From IMG/VR virus record IMGVR_UViG_3300037067_004637: DNA of 64,000 nucleotides. One strand, given 5' to 3'. Under the pieces are notes generated by a model. The model did no database searches. It worked only from the letters and a program-made list of their open reading frames with translations, and had not been told where the DNA came from. Every line of letters starts with the position of its first letter. Positions within the stretch are counted from its first letter, which is position 1. The position numbers and the translations under genes are program-made. Source of the DNA: an uncultured virus (IMG/VR IMGVR_UViG_3300037067_004637). Its lineage: Duplodnaviria; Heunggongvirae; Uroviricota; Caudoviricetes. Positions 30,814 through 41,022 of the stretch are shown one piece after another.

Positions 30814-31857
30814 ATGAAAAAAACAATTTTATCAATTATCATATGTTTAGTTTCATTTACTGCTTACAATCAAACAGCAGATGATACTAAATATGTAAAA
30901 TCAGACTATGAAAAATACATAGATGAAAAAGAAAAATCTATATATGATAATAAAGAAACAATATCATATAAAGAAGAAAAATCAGAAGAATTTGATGATT
31001 TATATTACTCACCAAACAAAGATAAACAATTCCAAAAAGATACAATTAAAAAAGTTGAAAGAGAAGTTAATAATGTAATTCAAGTAAACATTATAAACGA
31101 ATATGATTATTATGATTTATATTATTATAATAGAATAAATAGATTTTACAATTTACATTATTATTCTTATTATACACCTTTTTATTATTCAACTTTTTAC
31201 TATTCACCTTACTATTATTCATATTATTACACACCATATTTTGGTTATGTAAATTATTATTCATATTCTCCATATTGGTATCATCACAATTATAATCATC
31301 TTTGGAATTCACATTCAAATTATTATAATTATAATAATTTTTATAGTAAAAATGATTATTATGGTGCAAGAAGAAGTGTTAATAATAACACACTAAGACC
31401 TAACAATTATACACATTCAAGAACATATATAAATAGACAAATACCACCACAAACACAAACTCACACACAATCTACAACAAGAAAATCTCCAACAGAAAGA
31501 AGAGAACCTTATAATAATAGTACTTATAGATATAACACTACAAGACCATCAACATATAATAGACCAACAACAACACAAAATAGAACTGCAACACAAACAT
31601 CAAATTATGATAGACCTATTTACACAAGACCAACAAGTACACAACAAAGAAGTGGAACAAGATATAATAGACCATCAACACCACAACAGAATTATAATAG
31701 ACCTACTTCTACACCAACATATAATAGAACAACCACACCATCTTATTCAAATAGTGGTTCATCAAGAAGTAGTTCTTCATATTCAAGTGGAAGTTCATCA
31801 AGAAGTTCTGGAAGTTCCTCTGGTAGTTCATCACATTCAAGTGGTGGAAGAAGATAA
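30814..31857 (+). CDS. Secreted Tyr-rich protein with Ser/Arg/Gly low-complexity tail (Bacteroidota-like)
   Basis: Signal peptide, DDLYYSP, Tyr-rich block, YNRP repeats, SSGGRR end. Confidence 0.7.
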   Translation: MKKTILSIIICLVSFTAYNQTADDTKYVKSDYEKYIDEKEKSIYDNKETISYKEEKSEEFDDLYYSPNKDKQFQKDTIKKVEREVNNVIQVNIINEYDYYDLYYYNRINRFYNLHYYSYYTPFYYSTFYYSPYYYSYYYTPYFGYVNYYSYSPYWYHHNYNHLWNSHSNYYNYNNFYSKNDYYGARRSVNNNTLRPNNYTHSRTYINRQIPPQTQTHTQSTTRKSPTERREPYNNSTYRYNTTRPSTYNRPTTTQNRTATQTSNYDRPIYTRPTSTQQRSGTRYNRPSTPQQNYNRPTSTPTYNRTTTPSYSNSGSSRSSSSYSSGSSSRSSGSSSGSSSHSSGGRR

Positions 31858-31864
31858 TAAAATA

Positions 31865-31898
31865 AAAAATCCGCAATTTAATTTTTGCGGATTTTTTT
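31865..31898. terminator. Bidirectional intrinsic terminator
   Basis: aaaaatccgcaa...ttgcggattttttt between convergent genes. Confidence 0.8.
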
Positions 31899-31912
31899 AT
31901 GAATTACTTACA

Positions 31913-32278
31913 TTAGTATAATTGATTGATATAGTCATAAACAACATCTTTCTTACTTATACCATTTAATTTAAAACCACCATTTTCAAAAGATAATCCT
32001 TTTTCACTTTTTATAAATTTTATATATTTATCAATTCGATTATTTAATTTAATATCGGTTTTATTTTCATATTCATCCATTTTTTGTGAAACCATTGCTG
32101 TAAAAATAATATTTTCTATTATACTAAAAATTTCGTCTATATCATCTTCATTTGAAAATGAATATGTATCTTTTAAATCATCCAAACCACCATACCCATT
32201 TAAACTTCTTCTGAATTTTGTTAAAATTTCATCATCATAAATTTCTGAATATGTTTCGAATAATTTAATATATTTCAT
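31913..32278 (-). CDS. Hypothetical protein with CTS-like leader
   Basis: MKYIKLFETYSE; TAATATATA at 32295-32303. Confidence 0.6.
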   Translation of the reverse strand: MKYIKLFETYSEIYDDEILTKFRRSLNGYGGLDDLKDTYSFSNEDDIDEIFSIIENIIFTAMVSQKMDEYENKTDIKLNNRIDKYIKFIKSEKGLSFENGGFKLNGISKKDVVYDYINQLY

Positions 32279-32300
32279 AATAATATTTTTATTTTATATA

Positions 32301-32765
32301 TTAAATATTTTTAATTGAAAATTTTTCATAACCTAAATCTTTTAAAATAATTTCATAATTTTTTATTAAATAATTATTATAGGTAAATAAAAATTTATTA
32401 ACTTCATCAGGAAAATATGTAATTATTTGCCTGAACCACCTAACTGCACCATTATTCAAATTATTATTATAACAATATAAATATTTTTCTATTAATACAT
32501 TCAAATTATAATAAATATGCCTTGTGCTATTTTTATATATCTCTTTCTGCTCAATTATATTATTAGGATGAACAATTTTATATTCATCTACATGAACTGA
32601 ATTTTGTGTATTATTTTCAATAAATTCATTTTTGTATAATATTGAATTAGATTTATTGATGAATTCTTTTTTCAATTCCATTATTTTTTTATCAAATTCA
32701 ATTTGTAAATTTGATAATTTTTGAAAATATTCTTCTTCCATTTTTAATAAATGTTCTCTAATCAT
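32301..32765 (-). CDS. Hypothetical protein
   Basis: 154 aa ORF. Confidence 0.5.
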   Translation of the reverse strand: MIREHLLKMEEEYFQKLSNLQIEFDKKIMELKKEFINKSNSILYKNEFIENNTQNSVHVDEYKIVHPNNIIEQKEIYKNSTRHIYYNLNVLIEKYLYCYNNNLNNGAVRWFRQIITYFPDEVNKFLFTYNNYLIKNYEIILKDLGYEKFSIKNI

Positions 32766-32776
32766 AAATATTTAAA

Positions 32777-34708
32777 TTATTTTAAAAAATCTTTTAATTT
32801 TTCATCATATGAATAAATGATTTTATCATTCGTCATTTTTAATTCTATATTATTTTCTAAACAAATATTATAGAAATCATTTATAGTTATAATGTTATTA
32901 TTATCAACAGTAAATTGAATTAATTTTTTAAATATATTAAGATTTTTATTTAAAATATCTCTTGTTCTTTTCTTTTCATCAACTAAAAGATTTTCAATTA
33001 TAGAGTTTGTTTTATCTAAATCGTAATTGGCATCATATTCACTCATTGTATTTTCTTTAGCTATTCTTGATATACTACCATCCATACCATACCTTCTAAC
33101 ATAATTTGCAAATAAATCAGTAGCTACTGTTAAATCATGTGCTGAACCTGTTGCTCTATAATTTTCACCAAAAACAATTTCTTCTGCAACTAATCCAGCT
33201 AAATAAACACAAGCCTTATCTTTTATAAATATTTTATTATCAACTGTGTTATGACTTATCATAAATCCAGATGCATAAATTGATGAACTATTAATATTGA
33301 TTTGTTTTGGAACTGTTTTAAATAAAATACTATAAACTAAAGAATGACCTAATTCATGAACAATTAAAAGCATTTTTTCATCAATAGATTTTTCTTTTTT
33401 AATAGTATCTAAATCTAAATGAACAAATTTTTCAAAATTTTTATTATTTATTATAGTAAATAATTTATTATTTTCAAAGTCTATTATTAATTTATTTACG
33501 TTATTTTCAAAAGATAAAAATAAAAAATGTGGTAAATTACTACCTAAAATATTAAAAACTGTTGATACAACTGGTCTAACACCTTGTGTTGGAAATACAC
33601 CATTTCTATATATAACATCATAAACATTTTGTGTTAATTCTATATCAACATTATGTTCTTTCTTTATTCTATTTAATAATTCTGAACAATATTTTTTAAT
33701 TATTATATAATAACTTTTTTTATCTAAACAGGGATATATAATATGATTATTTCCAAATCTTGCTATCTGTTCAGGTTTGAATTTTTTAGATAAAGCTGCT
33801 TTTATATTAATAACATTAATTCTTTTTGATTGTTCATGATAAATGTCAGCATCTTTATCAGCATCTTCTATTTCATCTGACATATAAAAAGCTTCATCTA
33901 AATTACCAGATATAAATATTAAAAGTTTTTCATAAGATTTTCCTTCATTAACATTATCACACTTTAAACTATTTTCTAAAATATTTATCCTATCTTCAAT
34001 AGGCATCTTCATTATATTTTCAACTGGTTCAGTAAGCCCCAATAATTTTTTAAATTTATTTGCAGTCCAGTAAGATGTTTTATATAATAAATCAATTTTA
34101 TTATTTTCTGATGATTGTTCTGATGATTTTTCTGTTTTTTCATCAGAATCTTCTTCTTTTGACTTTTCTTTATTCGTTTTTAATTGTTCTTGATAATATT
34201 TTTCCTCTAACATAGCTTCTAATATTTCTACTCTTCTTTTTGAATCATTTTTAAATTTACCATCAGAAAGAAGCATCCAAATATCATTAAAATTTTTATT
34301 TTCTATCATTTTACCTTCTTCATCTTTTGTACGATATCTTTGTATTTCATCTAACAATAAAATAGATGGTACTGTTGATTCTATACCACTATTTTCTAAA
34401 TAATCTTGAATATCTTTTGAATAATAATCAGCTTTCATATCCATCTGTATTTCTACAAATTTATCTGTAAAGTTTAATAATTTTACTAAAGTTCTAACTA
34501 AATCAGTTTTACCAACACCAGTTATACCCCACAATGATATAATGAGAGGTCTATATTGAATTTCTGGTGCTAAATACCAAAGTTTAATATTATCAATTAT
34601 TTTATCTATAACATCATCAATACCAATAAACTTTTCTTTTAAAGCTGTTTTAATATCTTCTAATTTTTGTCTTTTAATATTGATATTTTCAAAATATTCT
34701 TTAGTCAT
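32777..34708 (-). CDS. Soluble AAA+ ATPase fused to an M41 (FtsH-like) zinc protease
   Basis: Walker A GITGVGKT, Walker B LLLDE, F.PEQIARFG, HELGH, LAG.VAEE, TG...DL; no transmembrane segment. Confidence 0.85.
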   Translation of the reverse strand: MTKEYFENINIKRQKLEDIKTALKEKFIGIDDVIDKIIDNIKLWYLAPEIQYRPLIISLWGITGVGKTDLVRTLVKLLNFTDKFVEIQMDMKADYYSKDIQDYLENSGIESTVPSILLLDEIQRYRTKDEEGKMIENKNFNDIWMLLSDGKFKNDSKRRVEILEAMLEEKYYQEQLKTNKEKSKEEDSDEKTEKSSEQSSENNKIDLLYKTSYWTANKFKKLLGLTEPVENIMKMPIEDRINILENSLKCDNVNEGKSYEKLLIFISGNLDEAFYMSDEIEDADKDADIYHEQSKRINVINIKAALSKKFKPEQIARFGNNHIIYPCLDKKSYYIIIKKYCSELLNRIKKEHNVDIELTQNVYDVIYRNGVFPTQGVRPVVSTVFNILGSNLPHFLFLSFENNVNKLIIDFENNKLFTIINNKNFEKFVHLDLDTIKKEKSIDEKMLLIVHELGHSLVYSILFKTVPKQININSSSIYASGFMISHNTVDNKIFIKDKACVYLAGLVAEEIVFGENYRATGSAHDLTVATDLFANYVRRYGMDGSISRIAKENTMSEYDANYDLDKTNSIIENLLVDEKKRTRDILNKNLNIFKKLIQFTVDNNNIITINDFYNICLENNIELKMTNDKIIYSYDEKLKDFLK

Positions 34709-34811
34709 AATGTTATGATTTATTTTTTAATGAAAAATGCCTATAATTTATAGGCACTTTTCAAATGTTTGTTTATTATTTTTTACTTTAATAATGTTAA
34801 TATTTAGAACT

Positions 34812-35345
34812 TTATTTAATATTATATTGTTTATAAACAGTATTTTCTGGAACTATAATAGTGTAATCACTATGAAAGTGATCCCAATCATCCACCACTT
34901 TTTTCTTTCTACTAAATCCCCAATCTGTATGAAATGAATCTCTAACATATCTGTGATAATAATTTTCAATACATGGTTTTTTATCATTAGTTTCTAATAC
35001 GTAGACTTCATATGAATGTAATATTAAAATTTTTACACCTCTTTTAAACTTTCCTTGTACTACATAATAATTTTCATAATTAGAAGAAAAACTTCCTGTT
35101 CCAAGAATGAAAGAACCATTAACAGAATTTTCATAATCATTAAAAACAGATTGTATAGGTAAATCTTTATATTCCTTAATAGTGTGATCTTCACAATCAT
35201 TCCAATAAATAACAGCAGAAATAGCAAAAAATAGTATAGTCATAGTAATAATTGAACCGAATATATCTTCAAATTTCACTTTTATTAGTATTTCAAACGC
35301 TACTATAACAACCATTATTGCAATAAAAAGGTAAAGTAAATACAT
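34812..35345 (-). CDS. Membrane protein
   Basis: Two N-terminal hydrophobic helices; G.F.LG.G motif. Confidence 0.65.
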   Translation of the reverse strand: MYLLYLFIAIMVVIVAFEILIKVKFEDIFGSIITMTILFFAISAVIYWNDCEDHTIKEYKDLPIQSVFNDYENSVNGSFILGTGSFSSNYENYYVVQGKFKRGVKILILHSYEVYVLETNDKKPCIENYYHRYVRDSFHTDWGFSRKKKVVDDWDHFHSDYTIIVPENTVYKQYNIK

Positions 35346-35406
35346 ATGTTTTTGTTTTTAAATTATTAATTAAATATAATATTATTTATTGTAATCAACA
35401 ATAAAA

Positions 35407-35553
35407 TTATTTATTTTTTTGACGTTCTTTTTCTGGTATAGTTGTTTCAATTATATAATAAACTCCACCACATTTGTCACATTTTTTACAACCTTGTGCC
35501 AATTTAGAACTATCAGTCAATTCTGTTTTACAACTTGGACAATATTTTACCAT
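35407..35553 (-). CDS. Small zinc-ribbon protein (48 aa)
   Basis: Manual translation MVKYCPSCKTELTDSSKLAQGCKKCDKCGGVYY... Confidence 0.55.
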   Translation of the reverse strand: MVKYCPSCKTELTDSSKLAQGCKKCDKCGGVYYIIETTIPEKERQKNK

Positions 35554-35619
35554 AATAAAAAATATTTATAATTATTATATTATAAAGATAATATTATTTA
35601 TTATAATAAACAAAAACAT

Positions 35620-36210
35620 TCATTTTTTCAATTTTAAATCTTCAACAACTTTCTTTATAAATTCATCTAAATTTTCAATAGGTGGAACATTATCATAAAC
35701 ATAATCAAAACCTTGATAATCATCTAAATCAACTTCAGATTGATGTGAACCACTTCTAATATCAACTTCTCTGATTTTTTTAGGATCACCATTTAATCTA
35801 ATTAAAATACCACCTTTATCTTTTATAATTTTTGCTTCATTCTTAAAACGGACATCTGTTACAATCCAAAAATCTGTTTCTTCTTTATAAGTACCAAATA
35901 ATGACAAAACCCAAGCATCAGGATGTACATTATTTCTTATAGCCTCAGTACCTAATCTTTGTTGCATTTCGCCAATAGTCATACCCCACTCAGGTAAATA
36001 TTTCATTTTTCCATCTCTTGATAAAGCATCTTTTAATGGAACACCAGTTAAAACACTAACAATCTTTTTAAGATTATAACCAAATTTTTTATTTTTAAAT
36101 GTAATTCCATATTCTTTTTTTACATATTTAATAAAACGATTAGCAAATGTATCTTTCCCACTACCGATCTTACCACTCACTGCTATCAAATTAATTTGTT
36201 TATTTTCCAT
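35620..36210 (-). CDS. Deoxynucleoside monophosphate kinase (T4 gp1-like)
   Basis: SGKIGSGKDT, Q.LGTE.IR, W, VTDVRFKNEA..IK..GG.LIR, H.SE..LD. Confidence 0.88.
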   Translation of the reverse strand: MENKQINLIAVSGKIGSGKDTFANRFIKYVKKEYGITFKNKKFGYNLKKIVSVLTGVPLKDALSRDGKMKYLPEWGMTIGEMQQRLGTEAIRNNVHPDAWVLSLFGTYKEETDFWIVTDVRFKNEAKIIKDKGGILIRLNGDPKKIREVDIRSGSHQSEVDLDDYQGFDYVYDNVPPIENLDEFIKKVVEDLKLKK

Positions 36211-36212
36211 TT

Positions 36213-36383
36213 TTAATTTTCATTATTTTTTTCATCTTTTAAAATTCTATTAATTTTCTTTTTTCTTTCTTCTCTTTTTTGCTTTTTATTAAAAGATATC
36301 ATCATAGGAGTTTTTTCAAAATCTTCAAACACTTTTAATATATCATAAAAAGGATGATTAATATTATATTGTAATGATTTCAT
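36213..36383 (-). CDS. Small protein with C-terminal RxxK tag (56 aa)
   Basis: Manual translation ending KREERKKKINRILKDEKNNEN. Confidence 0.5.
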   Translation of the reverse strand: MKSLQYNINHPFYDILKVFEDFEKTPMMISFNKKQKREERKKKINRILKDEKNNEN

Positions 36384-36555
36384 TTATTTTTCTAAGTCTA
36401 CTAATTTTTTTATCTATTTCATAGATTTCTTTATAAGTATCAAAAATTTTAAAATTTGGTTTAGATGAAAATCCATAATAAGAATTAACTAAAATCTTTA
36501 ATTGTTTTCTTTTAAATAAAAGATTTTGTATTTTATTTTGAACATCATTATCCAT
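36364..36555 (-). CDS. Small protein resembling a family B polymerase motif-B helix, with RxxK tag
   Basis: KQLKILVNSYYG; ends SRLRKINEIITI. Confidence 0.5.
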   Translation of the reverse strand: MDNDVQNKIQNLLFKRKQLKILVNSYYGFSSKPNFKIFDTYKEIYEIDKKISRLRKINEIITI

Positions 36556-36808
36556 TGAAACCAGTTAATCTTGTGTAATCATTTTGTTTAACAATATATT
36601 TGGATTTATATTTAATCCAATTCTTACCATCTTCAAATTCCCAATGTACACCACCACCTGATACAATTTTACCAATTATATTATCAAATATAACATAATG
36701 GTTAATACCAGTTATTTCTGATGCTTCCATAATTGAATTAAATCTTACAGATTTATCAGCAAAATGTCCTATTACTGGTAATGCGAATCTTTTTTGCACT
36801 TTTTTCAT
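36548..36808 (-). CDS. NUMOD1-like HTH protein
   Basis: FNSIMEASEITGI...I...I.GK..S.GG..W. Confidence 0.6.
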   Translation of the reverse strand: MKKVQKRFALPVIGHFADKSVRFNSIMEASEITGINHYVIFDNIIGKIVSGGGVHWEFEDGKNWIKYKSKYIVKQNDYTRLTGFNG

Positions 36809-36850
36809 AGTTTTATTTATTTTTTAAATGAATAATCGAATAAACATTTT

Positions 36851-37330
36851 TTAATTATATGATAATTTTTTTAATTTTAAATTTTTTATAATATATCTTT
36901 GTGTATCTTTTTTTGGTATATCAATAAAATCCTCAATATATGAACCAACTTGATTCATTTCATGATTACATGTAACTGTTACTGTATTGTTTGTATATTT
37001 ATTTAAAATTTTTTTATCTATTACTATAAATTCAGTAAAATCATTTTTCCAAACAACATAAAAATCAGCTTTAGTATTTTTCTTTCTAATTGGAATATGT
37101 ATAGTATTATAATATTTTACTATTTTATCAAAACATTCTCTAACTTCATTTTCAACCAATATAATTTTATTTCCTTTCTTAAATTTAACATCACATTCTT
37201 TATATAATTCTACATTTAAATCACTATATAATTTATAACCACTTATATTTTCAATCAAATCAACTAAAACTTTTTTAGCTGTTCCATCAAACTTTTTATA
37301 TGCTTCTTTATTAAATGGTCTTTTATTCAT
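36851..37330 (-). CDS. Putative PD-(D/E)xK-fold protein
   Basis: CDV...ILVENEVR, IHIP.RK. Confidence 0.4.
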   Translation of the reverse strand: MNKRPFNKEAYKKFDGTAKKVLVDLIENISGYKLYSDLNVELYKECDVKFKKGNKIILVENEVRECFDKIVKYYNTIHIPIRKKNTKADFYVVWKNDFTEFIVIDKKILNKYTNNTVTVTCNHEMNQVGSYIEDFIDIPKKDTQRYIIKNLKLKKLSYN

Positions 37331-37331
37331 T

Positions 37332-37820
37332 TTATTCTTTTACATTTCTATACATAGACAAGCTAATATTACTATATCCAAAAATATTAGTAACTTCACG
37401 TGTAAACCAACTTAAAGGTTTATAGTTATTAACATCATCTTCATTTGATTTATATTCAACAATTATCAAATTGTTTATATTTTCGTAAACATTTAATAAT
37501 AATTTTTCAGTTTCATCTAAAAAATATTGTTTAATTTCTAAAATTTTAGGATTTGATAAGTGGTTAATAACCTCTGCTGCATCATCATCTAACTGAATAA
37601 TAATTTTATTTCTTTTAATAAGACCGTAATCACGAATATTTAAATAAAAATAACTATCCATAATACTTTCGCATTCTATTTCTAATGAATCAGTATGTTT
37701 ACTTAAATATGATAATTTTATGGTTCTTGATTTAAAATTTGATAAATCAATACCAGCAGGTATTCTTTCAACAAAAAATCTTCTCTTATATTCTATTTCA
37801 AAATTTTTTAACTTTTCCAT
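37332..37820 (-). CDS. CYTH/TTM-like protein (divergent)
   Basis: EIEYKRRFFV, IVEY, P.SWF.REVT...YSN..L. Confidence 0.7.
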   Translation of the reverse strand: MEKLKNFEIEYKRRFFVERIPAGIDLSNFKSRTIKLSYLSKHTDSLEIECESIMDSYFYLNIRDYGLIKRNKIIIQLDDDAAEVINHLSNPKILEIKQYFLDETEKLLLNVYENINNLIIVEYKSNEDDVNNYKPLSWFTREVTNIFGYSNISLSMYRNVKE

Positions 37821-37822
37821 TT

Positions 37823-38062
37823 TTATTTTAATATTTTTTCAAGTTTTTTTATTCTATTTCGTGTTGATTTATTACAAAAAGGACAATCTATTAATAATTC
37901 TCTCATTGTGTATATCTCACATTCTAAATCTCCATCATATTTTTGTGATATATTACCATTTCTTTTAGTTAATATTTTTAATGTGTTATATAAATATATT
38001 TGTCCTTCACAACAAAATTTCCCATTTTCACAATCACGAAAAACATCTCTGTTTCTTCTCAT
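37823..38062 (-). CDS. Cys-rich small protein, C-terminal RxxK tag
   Basis: C...FCCEG...CPFC; ends NRIKKLEKILK. Confidence 0.55.
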   Translation of the reverse strand: MRRNRDVFRDCENGKFCCEGQIYLYNTLKILTKRNGNISQKYDGDLECEIYTMRELLIDCPFCNKSTRNRIKKLEKILK

Positions 38063-38766
38063 AATCTACATTTTAAACAATGTCTTACATATGTTAAAAG
38101 AACACCCAACATATTAGAACCTTGACCATTACATATACCCCAAAAAGTATCACCCCAAACATTACCTTCTATTAATTCACTATCACCAGTTTCTAATAAT
38201 TTACTTCTCAATGGTTCTTCACTAAATTTTAAGAAAAGTAAATCTTTCATTATAATAATTTTTTTACTTTCCCAATCTTCTCTTATTTTTATATTTTTAA
38301 TATATTCTTTAGCTTCACCTGCAGTTGTCATTAATGATATTTTTTCTCTTATATCATCTTTTAATGTTTTTTGTGCTTGATATGCATGTTCAACAGATGG
38401 GTATTCAATACCATTATAAATAATATTAACTGAATGAAAATTAGATAAAAAACTATATTCACCTCTGAATGATGTTATTTGTTTAGGTGATTTACCAATT
38501 TTTTCTCTCTTTAAAAAATTAAAATATTCAGAATCTGACATTTTAGATATATTAATTTTACTTTGATAATAATCTATTACACACATCGGAATATATTTTT
38601 GTTTATATCCACAAACTCTACAAACTAAAATTACTTCACCATTTTCTTCTCTTGGCACTAATGTAGGTTCATGTGTCGAATCATCACCACATGTTAAAGG
38701 GTGAACATTAGAATCATTTTGATATAATTCTATTGCTTTTATTAATTCTTCATTACTCATTTTCAC
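38059..38766 (-). CDS. NADAR (YbiA-like) protein with N-terminal Zn-finger-like domain
   Basis: FLSNF, Y.SVEHAYQAQK, KF....R.KLL.TG..ELIEGN.WGD.FWG, G.N.LG.LL; N-terminal HPLTC...C..C.Y.Q. Confidence 0.9.
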   Translation of the reverse strand: MKMSNEELIKAIELYQNDSNVHPLTCGDDSTHEPTLVPREENGEVILVCRVCGYKQKYIPMCVIDYYQSKINISKMSDSEYFNFLKREKIGKSPKQITSFRGEYSFLSNFHSVNIIYNGIEYPSVEHAYQAQKTLKDDIREKISLMTTAGEAKEYIKNIKIREDWESKKIIIMKDLLFLKFSEEPLRSKLLETGDSELIEGNVWGDTFWGICNGQGSNMLGVLLTYVRHCLKCRL

Positions 38767-38899
38767 AATTATATTTTATAAATATAGTATTTTTTTCTGA
38801 AAATGTTTATTTTTTATTAAAAAAGAAAAACCTTACATGAATTATAAGGTTTTATACTTATTTTTAATATTATTCATTTGCTGTATAAAAAATTGGATG

Positions 38900-39571
38900 T
38901 TATATAAGTTTTAATTTTAATAGTTTAAAATCTTGTTCCATCCACATTAAAGATTCAAAATTACAGAATATTTCAGTATCATCCCATGCTAATATATTAT
39001 TACCATCACGCCCAATCAACCCATGTCTTTTTATTAATCTTTCTTCTAATATTTTCCGAAAAGTATTTTTATCAAAATCTTCAATTATAGTTAATTTAAC
39101 GTTAGATAATAAACAAAATTGTTTAAATGATACAGCTTCTTGAACATTTAACACATTTTTCACAAATTGACAAGTAATATTTATATAATTTAATGTTCCA
39201 TATATTTTATCTTCTGGTTTTATATTATGACAACTATTTATTTGTTTATAATATATATCTTGTTCTTCATTTATATAATTTAATATTTTTGCCATAGGTT
39301 CTATAAGTAATATTTCGGCACGTCTTTCTTTTTTAAAATATGTTTTTGCAGTAAAATAAAGAGTAATTATAGCACATATATATACCAATAAGGTTAACCA
39401 AGGTATAACAATTGATTTTAAATATTCAGGATACATATTAAAACATATAAATGTTCCAATAATAAAAAATATAAAAATTAAATATAAATATTTCTTTTGT
39501 GTTAAAAAAAATTTTATTTGTTTCCAATAAATAATTAAAACAATAGATGTCATTATTAATAGTATTATCAT
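38900..39571 (-). CDS. Membrane protein
   Basis: Three N-terminal hydrophobic helices. Confidence 0.6.
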   Translation of the reverse strand: MIILLIMTSIVLIIYWKQIKFFLTQKKYLYLIFIFFIIGTFICFNMYPEYLKSIVIPWLTLLVYICAIITLYFTAKTYFKKERRAEILLIEPMAKILNYINEEQDIYYKQINSCHNIKPEDKIYGTLNYINITCQFVKNVLNVQEAVSFKQFCLLSNVKLTIIEDFDKNTFRKILEERLIKRHGLIGRDGNNILAWDDTEIFCNFESLMWMEQDFKLLKLKLI

Positions 39572-39618
39572 AAGTATAAATTTATAGTTTTTTAAAAATA
39601 AAAAAATTAAAATTTATT

Positions 39619-40185
39619 TTACAATTTATTTTTTAATTCGTTTGAATTTTTTTCTTTAATTTCTATTTGTTGATCAATAATTTTCTTTGCATATTCATTT
39701 GTCATAATTTTAATTCGTACTATATAAACTCTTTCTTTTGATAAGGGTAAAATTCCATTATTTTCAAGATAAATAGTTCTCTCATTATTTTGAAATATAA
39801 ATAAAATTTTTCTTTCTGAGAAAACTGCTGAATTATAGAAATCATTTTTATATAAAAGGGTAAAATTAGCATCAATAAACGTATCAAAAATATATTCAGA
39901 TAATATTTTAAATTTATCATCATTTAAATATTCTGGTATCCAAACAGTGGATTTATCACACCGACTCAACCCCAACACTACTAATTTATTATTTCCATCA
40001 TATGTACTAATCAAAGGATTAACAAAAAATGAATAATCTCCAAAATGAAGTGAATCAGAAAATTTTGATAATACTCTAACATCTTTTTTCGTCATATCAA
40101 AATAAATATTATCAAATGCTTTAATTTGAGCATTTATATTAAATCCAAACAAAACAACAATTATTAAAAATATAATTTTTTTCAT
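39619..40185 (-). CDS. Secreted protein
   Basis: MKKIIFLIIVVLFGFNINAQ, a signal peptide ending A-Q as typical of Bacteroidota. Confidence 0.65.
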   Translation of the reverse strand: MKKIIFLIIVVLFGFNINAQIKAFDNIYFDMTKKDVRVLSKFSDSLHFGDYSFFVNPLISTYDGNNKLVVLGLSRCDKSTVWIPEYLNDDKFKILSEYIFDTFIDANFTLLYKNDFYNSAVFSERKILFIFQNNERTIYLENNGILPLSKERVYIVRIKIMTNEYAKKIIDQQIEIKEKNSNELKNKL

Positions 40186-40243
40186 TTTTTGAGTTTTTAA
40201 AAAGTTTATAAAAAAATTTTTTAATAAATATAATATTTTTTAT

Positions 40244-40945
40244 TTAAAATATCAATTTAACAGTAATATTTTTTGGTGAAATATTATCCATAGTATAAAA
40301 ACCATTTTCTGATAAATTTAAATCTTTATATAAATTTATATTTAATTCATCAATATTTATTTCTAATATTACTATTTTTTCATTAATGTTTTCTGATTTT
40401 AAATAATTTCCAAATTTTAAAACTAATTCATAATTATCAGAAAAATATATTCTATCTGGATGTTTTGATAATTTATTATAAGATTTAGGTATTAAACCAT
40501 ATTGTAAAATTCTTTTAACATTCTTATTTAATGTAGCATGATATAATACTTTTGGTAATGGTATTATTTTGATATCATATTTTGGTTCTAAAAACAAAAC
40601 AATTGGTTGACTGTTATTATTAAAATCTGTAATCCATTCATCACCATTTAATGTAATTTTTGATATAAAATAACCCAAATTATTAATTAATGGTATATAA
40701 TTATCTAATGTTTTAAATCTACCTTCTAAATAAATTTCACCATCTTCTTCAACATTTCCATTTAATTCTGGAAATCTTTTTAATAATATTTTTAATGATA
40801 ATGAACTTGGTTGTGTTTTAATTAAACCTTCTACAATATTTTGAGATTTAAATTCAGTATAAATTTTAATATCATCACCCATATCTAAATTAGATATATT
40901 TTCAATATATTGTTTATACTCTAATATAAAGTTTAATTTCCTCAT
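40244..40945 (-). CDS. ADP-ribosyltransferase/Tpt1-KptA-like protein, paralogue of 60827-61519
   Basis: EGLIKT...LYHAT...I...GL.PK...HPDRIYF...LY.D.N...GFYT.DNISPKNI. Confidence 0.65.
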   Translation of the reverse strand: MRKLNFILEYKQYIENISNLDMGDDIKIYTEFKSQNIVEGLIKTQPSSLSLKILLKRFPELNGNVEEDGEIYLEGRFKTLDNYIPLINNLGYFISKITLNGDEWITDFNNNSQPIVLFLEPKYDIKIIPLPKVLYHATLNKNVKRILQYGLIPKSYNKLSKHPDRIYFSDNYELVLKFGNYLKSENINEKIVILEINIDELNINLYKDLNLSENGFYTMDNISPKNITVKLIF

Positions 40946-40987
40946 AATTATATTTATATTATAATAAATTATAAAAGTTTACAAAAT

Positions 40988-41022
40988 AAAAAACCCCACC
41001 CGAAAATACTCGGAGTGGGGTT
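40988..41022 (-). terminator. Intrinsic terminator ending ncRNA-1
   Basis: Minus strand aaccccactccgag-tatt-ttcgggtggggtttttt. Confidence 0.8.
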
